Assembly: GCA_964016885.1 (NCBI GenBank)
Contig: OZ024760.1
Span: forward strand, 27,590,001 to 27,654,000
Direction of reading: 5' to 3'
From: Eledone cirrhosa
Lineage: Eukaryota
DNA length: 64,000 bases
Every line of letters begins with the position of its first letter. The stretch's first letter is position 1. Below the pieces are notes generated by a model, which saw only the letters and a list, made by a program, of their open reading frames with translations, did not search any database and was not told the origin of the DNA. Position numbers and translations under genes: made by a program. Shown here one piece after another: positions 55,572-64,000 of the stretch.

Positions 55572-55740
55572 AACATATATATATATATATATATATATAT
55601 TGTGGTTGATAAACGTTGATTGTCAAATAAATTAGCTATGGAGATATAAAGATACAGAAGCGAAAACCAACCAAACAGTGAGTGTGTTCTGTTATTATTT
55701 CTGGCAATATTATTACAACAATATGACCCTCTCCAAGTAT

Positions 55741-55788
<48 letters not shown>

Positions 55789-55792
<4 letters not shown>

Positions 55793-55893
55793 AAAAGTGT
55801 CGACCCCTCTTTTCCTATTACCCACTCTACTACCCTAAGGCATTGAGTACTCTGGTGTACTGGTACACCTGATTTCTTACCACACTTTCTTTG

Positions 55894-55895
<2 letters not shown>
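55789..55895 (+). mobile_element. PLE-terminus family, copy D (very short fold-back head)
   Basis: GGAAAAG-11nt-CTTTTCC followed by the family tail ATTACCCACTCTACTACCCTAAG. (TA)n on both sides. Confidence 0.75.
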
Positions 55896-55947
<52 letters not shown>

Positions 55948-56035
55948 TAAATCATGTCCTTAGAATTATTAGATAAAATATATACTGACTTTATGTATAT
56001 GTAAACCTTTATATATATATATATATATATATATA

Positions 56036-56498
56036 TGAGGGTCAGATACACCAGTGAGCGAATATGCTCCGAAATCATTAGACGTGTCCGTCGAACCTGC
56101 GGGTCCAGAGTCAGACAGATCCACACAATGATCGCGTCTCGAGCTGTCCGCCGGGGAAACAATTGTAACACACAATTGAGTTTAGATGCATCACTGATTT
56201 TTCGTTTTCTATTCTATCATACTCTGCTCTGTAAGAGCATAGAGTGCTCAACCGGCATACCGCCTATGGAAGCATCTTAGCTACCACACATTGCACCGTT
56301 TCCTCTCACCCCCTTTTTGCTATATGTCTCTCCACCACTCCCCTACATACCCTTTGAACTCTCTTCCCACACACTTTTCACCTGAAGAAGGGCTTATACC
56401 CGAAACGTCATTCCCCACCACCACCTCACTCTCAAGAGCGTCAAATTAATAAACATTTGTTTGTACTGCCTCTCTGTTTTGTTCCCGTTCAATTTTTC

Positions 56499-56500
<2 letters not shown>
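56036..56500 (+). mobile_element. PLE-terminus-like element carrying two degenerate hammerheads
   Basis: 56084-56171: GTGT-CCGTCGA-[61 nt]-GAA-ACAATTGT-A-ACAC, a homologue of the 51764 motif with a decayed core. 56382-56409: CTGAAGA-A-GGG-CTTATA-CCC-GAAACGTC, a minimal PLE-type motif with unpaired stem I. AATAAA at 56448. Confidence 0.65.
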
Positions 56501-56555
<55 letters not shown>

Positions 56556-56557
<2 letters not shown>

Positions 56558-56719
56558 CGAAGGAGGTGTGTTAAAGAACCAGATGGACCATAACGCACCA
56601 GAGTACTCAATACTTAGGGTAGTAGAGTGGGAAATAGGAAAAAATATGACCCCCACGGCAGAGCTCAAGCCGTTTCGTCGAAACGGCTAGAGCTCTGCCG
56701 TCGGGGTCATACCTTTTCA
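56556..56719 (-). mobile_element. PLE-terminus family, copy C (33-bp arms, different fold-back point)
   Basis: Family tail on the minus strand. Arms 56645-56677 / 56679-56711 centred on GTTTCG-T-CGAAAC. Confidence 0.82.
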
Positions 56720-56817
56720 TATATATATATATGTATATGTTCAGAAAAGGTTGTTTTGGTAAAAACAGGAGTAGCAGGAGAAAGCTCTCATCAACCGTAG
56801 TTTTTAGTTACGATGGA

Positions 56818-56912
<95 letters not shown>

Positions 56913-56918
56913 TGTATG

Positions 56919-56969
<51 letters not shown>

Positions 56970-56971
<2 letters not shown>

Positions 56972-57600
56972 TGTCAGGTCACCAGTTGGTGCTACTGGTA
57001 ACATGTATCCCAGTACAACCTGTCTCATGGTCGGGTCGTTGGTGACTAAACTGGCAACCCCACCAAGGTTTCTTGGTGAGGAGGGTGACTTTGGACATCC
57101 TGCAGGACTAAAAACAAAACCTGTCAAAGAGCAAAGGAGCTCTTAAGAGTCAATGGCCATCCAAAATCACCGGGAGAGATGACCCCTTAGCCCTTGTCAA
57201 GGCAGAATTCTAGGAGAAGGAAAACTCTGATATAACACCTGCAACCCTGATGGTATCCAATGATGTTGACTTGTTCTTCTTTTTGGTAAATATCATCTTG
57301 GTTAAGAGAGTGGCACTGGCTTTGTGCAGTGCCTTTGCTCACTATAAAAGCTTCACGGCACAGGCATTGCTTTATATCTGGAGATCTCTCTGCACTTGTC
57401 GTCACATGGTACCATGGGCCCAGCACTATGTGTCAATAATTGTCACAAGTGTAGTGTTTGTACCAGAGTTTTTAAGTCGCTGGCTGGACTAGAAAGTCAC
57501 ACTCGTTCAGCGCATCGGTAGGGGTTCTCCTACATGGATATAAAGTAGTGGCCGTACTCGAAAACGAGTTGGCAGCCACCATGTATGTATGTATGTATCT
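56970..57600 (+). mobile_element. Non-autonomous RTE-derived element (5'UTR-like part joined to ORF C-terminus and tail)
   Basis: RTE-5'UTR-like CTAGGAGAAGGAAAACTCTGAT. 57444-57521 encodes HKCSVCTRVFKSLAGLESHTRSAHR* (C2H2 finger typical of RTE ORF ends). Tail TACTCGAAAACGAG..GCAGCCA plus (ATGT)n; a similar tail occurs at ~38770-38800. Confidence 0.62.
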
Positions 57601-57811
57601 ATGTATGTATGTACGTATGTACGTGTGTATTATGTATGTATATTTAAGTTAACGAGGTATAGTTTGAGGCAATCCAAGTAGAACTTATGAGTACTCTGTT
57701 TCGAGGATATTTCTAACGTTCGGCGTTGTTTCACTCAACAAGATCTTTACTTAGTTGTGGTGTCTGGGTGGCCGATTCCAGATAGTTCCATGTTATTCTT
57801 CACTCCTTTAT

Positions 57812-57861
<50 letters not shown>

Positions 57862-58019
57862 TTAGAGCAAACATCACGGGAGCTGTATCTCAGGGAAAAA
57901 TTTGTCAGCATTTTCTTTTCCTTTTACTAATATATATATATATATTTAATGCGAAGAAATACCAATGATAGTCAGCAGACCACTGATGATGGACAGTCCC
58001 GTTTCTCGGTCTATTTTCA

Positions 58020-58055
<36 letters not shown>

Positions 58056-58111
58056 TATATATATATGTAGGTATGTATGTAGGTATGTATGTAGGTATGT
58101 GTGCATATATT

Positions 58112-58400
58112 CTAGGGCGGGTAAAATTCCCGAGATCCATGGACGAGTTCTCCCCAGCGGTCTCTGTCCCTCATTATCGCTGCCATGTCCTGCGTCTCCA
58201 ACAGACCAGTGTCTGTCCTTAGGACATCAACATACGTTAACCTTGGTCTTCCTCTTCCAGTGTGTCCGTGTAGAGGCTCCCACAGGAGCACTGAGTGCAA
58301 TGTCAATTCTGGATGTCGGTGAGCATGTCCAGCTAACCTCAGTCTCCTCTGTGTCACTTTTGAGCTGACTTTTGGGAGGCTCCCATACAGCTCTGAGTTT
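58112..58400 (-). pseudogene. RTE-group LINE ORF C-terminus fragment
   Basis: SELYGSLPKVSSKVTQRRLRLAGHAHRHPE..VLLWEPLHGHTGRGRPRLTYVDVLRTDTG..MRDRDRW. Confidence 0.88.
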
Positions 58401-58404
58401 ACAT

Positions 58405-58562
58405 ATATGAAAAGATTCAGGACCACTGATCCGTTCGGATCTAGCTGTCGAAACGGCCGAAGCTCAGCCATCGGGGTCCTGAATCTTTTCATATTACCCA
58501 CTCTACTACCCGAAGTATCGTGTACTCTGGTGGGCTATGGTCTAGCAGGTTTTTACCACACC
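58405..58562 (+). mobile_element. PLE-terminus family, divergent copy E
   Basis: Perfect 20-bp arms ATATGAAAAGATTCAGGACC / GGTCCTGAATCTTTTCATAT enclose GTCGAAACGGC..GCTCAGCCATCGG, followed by the family tail. Confidence 0.75.
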
Positions 58563-58615
58563 TGTGTGTGTGTGTATGTGTATATACATTTTTATATTTC
58601 TATGTCTATATATAC

Positions 58616-58650
<35 letters not shown>

Positions 58651-59137
58651 GTGGCGGACTGGCCAGGTGGCCAGGTTGCCAAATGGCAAGTGGGCCCCAA
58701 GGGGCCAACGGTAGCATTGCAAGAGCCCACAGTAGCATTGCAGGGCTCACTGTAGTATTTTAGGGGCCAATGCTTTGCTTTAAAAAAATACCTGAAATCT
58801 AAGAGAAAGAAAAACATTATTTCAATTAAGCAAAGCATTTGGTCAACCAAGGAGGGGGAGAAATGTGGTACAACACAAGTAAAACATGGATTACAGGTTA
58901 AAATATAGTCTAGATAGATGTGAAACTAAACGAGGTTGGAGTTTATGAACACCCAAATGATTTAGAAGTCGACCTTAAGTAGGAGAAATAACATTAAGAA
59001 AGACATCAACGACACCACATCATTTTGTTTTGAAAATTTTGAAAGTAGGTTTATAAATATGAATTTTGATAAGTTTTGCCTTGTTTTCCTTCGTTGTCTT
59101 GTCTTCTCTTAGTTCGTTGTCCTAAGTATATATATTA

Positions 59138-59306
59138 CCATATTACCCGGCGTAGAAGATGCTACTTTTTTCCTAAAATAAATCTAAAAAATCTACCATG
59201 TGTCCTGGAGGCAGAAGGTTGGTTATTTTTTTTCTTGCAAATTTTTGTTTGTCAAAATTAGGGTACGTCCTCGAGGACGAAGCGTCTTCGGCGCCGGGAA
59301 ATACGG
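59138..59306. mobile_element. Tc2/pogo-like MITE
   Basis: TIRs CCATATTACCCGGCGTAGAAGATGC / GCGTCTTCGGCGCCGGGAAATACGG with TA on both sides. Confidence 0.72.
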
Positions 59307-59449
59307 TAATTTAGTAGCTTAGAACCAGGGGTGGTTTCGGTCTGTTTTGCTCTCAAAACGGTTAAAAGATATCAACCGAAATTTTGACAGGAGAATGTGG
59401 ATGTCTTCTATTGTTGGACGGTATATATAAATATATGTCTGAAGACGGT

Positions 59450-61584
59450 AGACTACCAATTCGTTATTAGTAGCTGAGACTACCAATTCGTTATTAGTAG
59501 CTGAGACTACCAATTCCTTATTAGTAGCTGAGACTACCAATTCCTTATTAGTAGCTGAGACTACCAATTCCTTATTAGTAGCTGAGACTACCAATTCGTT
59601 ATTAGTAGCTGAGCTTACCAATTCCTTATTAGTAGCTGAGACTACCAATTCGTTATTAGTAGCTGAGACTACCAATTCCTTATTAGTAGCTGAGACTGCC
59701 AATTCCTTATTAGTAGCTGAGACTACCAATTCCCTATTAGTAGCTGAGACTACCAATTCGTTATTAGTAGCTGAGACTACCAATTCCCTATTAGTAGCTG
59801 AGACTACCAATTCGTTATTAGTAGCTGAGACTACCAATTCGTTATTAGTAGCTGAGACTGCCAATTCGTTATTAGTAGCTGAGACTGCCAATTCCTTATT
59901 AGTAGCTGAGACTACCAATTCCTTATTAGTAGCTGAGACTACCAATTCGTTATTAGTAGCTGAGACTACCAATTCCTTATTAGTAGCTGAGCTTACCAAT
60001 TCCTTATTAGTAGCTGAGCTTACCAATTCGTTATTAGTAGCTGAGACTACCAATTCCTTATTAGTAGCTGAGACTACCAATTCCCTATTAGTAGCTGAGA
60101 CTACCAATTCGTTATTAGTAGCTGAGACTACCAATTCGTTATTAGTAGCTGAGACTACCAATTCGTTATTAGTAGCTGAGACTACCAATTCGTTATTAGT
60201 AGCTGAGACTACCAATTCGTTATTAGTAGCTGAGCTTACCAATTCGTTATTAGTAGCTGAGACTACCAATTCCCTATTAGTAGCTGAGACTACCAATTCG
60301 TTATTAGTAGCTGAGACTACCAATTCCTTATTAGTAGCTGAGACTACCAATTCGTTATTAGTAGCTGAGACTACCAATTCGTTATTAGTAGCTGAGACTA
60401 CCAATTCCTTATTAGTAGCTGAGACTACCAATTCGTTATTAGTAGCTGAGACTACCAATTCCTTATTAGTAGCTGAGCTTACCAATTCCTTATTACTAGC
60501 TGAGACTACCAATTCCTTATTACTAGCTGAGACTACCAATTCCTTATTAGTAGCTGAGACTACCAATTCGATATTAGTAGCTGAGACTACCAATTCGTTA
60601 TTAGTAGCTGAGACTACCAATTCGTTATTAGTAGCTGAGACTACCAATTCCTTATTAGTAGCTGAGCTTACCAATTCGTTATTAGTAGCTGAGACTACCA
60701 ATTCCCTATTAGTAGCTGAGACTACCAATTCGTTATTAGTAGCTGAGACTACCAATTCCTTATTAGTAGCTGAGACTACCAATTCGTTATTAGTAGCTGA
60801 GACTACCAATTCCTTATTAGTAGCTGAGACTACCAATTCGTTATTAGTAGCTGAGACTACCAATTCCTTATTAGTAGCTGAGCTTACCAATTCCTTATTA
60901 CTAGCTGAGACTACCAATTCCTTATTAGTAGCTGAGACTACCAATTCGTTATTAGTAGCTGAGCTTACCAATTCCTTATTAGTAGCTGAGACTACCAATT
61001 CCTTATTAGTAGCTGAGACTACCAATTCGATATTAGTAGCTGAGACTGCCAATTCGTTATTAGTAGCTGAGACTACCAATTCCTTATTAGTAGCTGAGAC
61101 TACCAATTCGATATTAGTAGCTGAGACTGCCAATTCGTTATTAGTAGCTGAGACTACCAATTCCTTATTAGTAGCTGAGACTACCAATTCGATATTAGTA
61201 GCTGAGACTACCAATTCCTTATTAGTAGCTGAGACTACCAATTCCTTATTAGTAGCTGAGACTACCAATTCCTTATTAGTAGCTGAGACTACCAATTCCT
61301 TATTAGTAGCTGAGACCACCAATTCGTTATTAGTAGCTGAGACTACCAATTCCTTATTAGTAGCTGAGACTACCAATTCCTTATTAGTAGCTGAGACTAC
61401 CAATTCCTTATTAGTAGCTGAGCTTACCAATTCCTTATTAGTAGCTGAGACTACCAATTCGTTATTAGTAGCTGAGCTTACCAATTCCTTATTAGTAGCT
61501 GAGACTACCAATTCGTTATTAGTAGCTGAGACTGCCAATTCGTTATTAGTAGCTGAGCTTACCAATTCCTTATTAGTAGCTGAG
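59450..61584. repeat. 27-bp minisatellite, ~79 copies (GAGACTACCAATTCSTTATTAGTAGCT)
   Basis: Indel-free tandem array; gives the 748-aa (ELVVSATN[N/K])n minus-strand ORF. Confidence 0.98.
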
Positions 61585-61650
61585 TATTCTTCTAGATTTG
61601 TACTTTTAGTGTAAAATCAATAATCAGAATTGATATAATTAGTAGATTCT

Positions 61651-61718
61651 GCCGGGAATCGAACTCACAGTCTTTCAGACGTGTACCAAACTACGCCCAG
61701 CCCATTAAGTCACGTGCC
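61651..61718 (-). mobile_element. Isolated tRNA-like SINE head
   Basis: Minus strand GGCACGTGACTTAATGG ... GAGTTCGATTCCCGGC, similar to the head at 35559. Confidence 0.55.
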
Positions 61719-61739
61719 TGCAGTAACAGACAGACAGAA

Positions 61740-62902
61740 TTACACACATACAGACTACACATAGACATACACACATAGCGACATACACACAGGTTCACAC
61801 ACACGCACACATACATACACACATACACATGCATAGAGACATACACACAGGTTCACACACACACACATACACACACACACATACACACATACACATGCAT
61901 AGATACATGCACACAGGTTCACACACATACACATAGATTACACATACAAACATATAAACACACACACATACAAACCAGAGATTCACACACACACACACAC
62001 ACACACACATATTACACATGCAGACATACACACAAATACACACATACAAACATATACACATACAAACATACACACACACACAAACATACACACATACACA
62101 CATACAAACATACACACATACAAACATACACACACACATACACACATACACACATACACACATACACGCATACAAACATACAGATACAAACATACACACA
62201 TACAAACATACACACATACACACACACACAAACATATACACATACAAACATACAAACATACACACACATACACACATACACACACACATACACACACACA
62301 CAAACATATACAAACATACAAACATACACACACATACACACATACAAACATACACACATACAAACATACACACATACACACACATACACACATACACTCA
62401 CACAAACATATACACATACACACATACACACATACAAACATACACACATACAAACACACACATACACATACAAACATACCAAACATACACACACACACAT
62501 ACACACATACAAACATACACACACACACACATACACACATACACACATACACACACACAAACCATAGAGACAGCACACATATACACACAACAACAGCGAC
62601 AACAACAACAACAACAACAACAATAGGTTTCTGTGAGTTTGTTACATCTACCAGCTGATTGTTTGTTCAACATCGGACAGACAGAGAGAGAGGGGGAGAG
62701 GGGGGGAGATATAGGAAGACAGAGAGAGAGGGGGCAGAGAGGGAGAGAGGGGAGAGAGAGGGACTGAAGAAAGGGATAGGACTGAACACGACACGGCACC
62801 CAGCTGATTGGGAAGAGGGGGGGGGCAGAGATACGACTGAAACGAGTGGTGGTGGGAGGCTGAGAAGTGAATACACCCTTACCTACACATATATATATAT
62901 AT

Positions 62903-62936
<34 letters not shown>

Positions 62937-63124
62937 ATACATAGACACACACACACATAAATATAAATATATGCATACATATATATATATATATATACAC
63001 ATACATAAATATAAATATATATATATATGCATACATATATAAATATATACACATATATATATAAATATATTCATATATATATATACATATGCATACACAC
63101 GTACATATATAAATAGATACACTC

Positions 63125-63160
<36 letters not shown>

Positions 63161-63290
63161 TTAAATACACGTACATATGTAAATACACACACTCACACAC
63201 ACACAAATATATATATATATATATATATACGTGTATACATACATATATATACATATATATATATATTTAAATACACGTACATATATAAAT

Positions 63291-63362
<72 letters not shown>

Positions 63363-63560
63363 TTATACGTGTATACATATATATATATATATATATATAC
63401 ATATATACATATACATATATATATATATATATACATATATACGTGTATACATATACATATATATATACATATATATATATATTTAAATACACGTACATAT
63501 ATAAATACACACACATATAAATACACACACATATATAAATACACACACATATATAAATAC
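61740..63560. repeat. (CA/TA)n microsatellite fields with short (CAA)n and GA-rich islands
   Basis: Simple-sequence composition. Confidence 0.93.
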
Positions 63561-63774
63561 ACACACATATATATAAATACATTTGAGGTGATTGGGAACA
63601 GTAACGATAGCGGAGGCGCTGGGAGGTCGGTGTGTGAGGGGCGGGGGGTACTTTATTTTGTTGATTTTGTTGTTGATGTCCAATGCCAGATTGCATATGG
63701 CGTCGAGATCTCATCTCATCTCCTAACCATCACTGTCACTATCATCTCCACCACCAGCGTATACATACATTCGT

Positions 63775-63812
<38 letters not shown>

Positions 63813-64000
63813 GAGATCAAAAGATGGTTAAAAGAGCTCCATGTATTTTATTATGCGCATTTCAAGAACAAATATCATCATGCAATAACATTTGTGTTTT
63901 CATCAGATAAAATAGGAAGACATGATATGAAGGTTAAAAAACACTTGTGAATAGTGCAGTTTTAAATCAACATATGAAAAGTAGTTTTAGATTGATGTGT

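Noticed and set aside
57977-58012. Hammerhead-like AGACC-A-CTGATGA-TGGACAGTCC...GGTCT
   Set aside because: The GAAA half of the core is absent, so it is at most a decayed remnant.
58405-58494. Functional hammerhead in fold-back copy E
   Set aside because: The core reads CUGAUCC and stem III is mismatched next to the cleavage site.
58650-58780. hAT-like MITE start (AGTGGCGGACTGGCC); similar CAGGGGCGGTGGAAGC at ~48573
   Set aside because: No matching opposite terminus or TSD could be found.

Overview
Gene-free, repeat-saturated eukaryotic DNA. The SINE families and dense (TA)n/(CA)n/(GA)n tracts resemble those of octopod cephalopods; this is an inference and no search was run. Bases 1-25706 are a homogeneous 65-bp satellite (~395 monomers, running off the left edge) whose monomer consists almost entirely of two hairpins and which shows 37-41-monomer higher-order duplications. 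The other 38 kb is a mosaic of microsatellites, minisatellites and decayed mobile elements: an internally deleted Penelope-like element (PLE), a Chapaev-type DNA transposon, CR1/L2-, RTE- and CRE-type LINE fragments, tRNA-derived SINEs, hAT and Tc1/mariner MITEs and a Helitron-like end. Nearly all ORFs in the track are simple-repeat artefacts and no intact host gene is supportable. The main unannotated signal is a set of type I hammerhead ribozyme (HHR) motifs read by eye. One is compact (42137-42187); others have an unusually long stem II of 47-62 nt (27534, 50640/50855, 51764, 56084). Most lie in or next to PLE-terminus-like fold-back palindromes between (TA)n tracts, and in one family the two arms co-vary within each copy.
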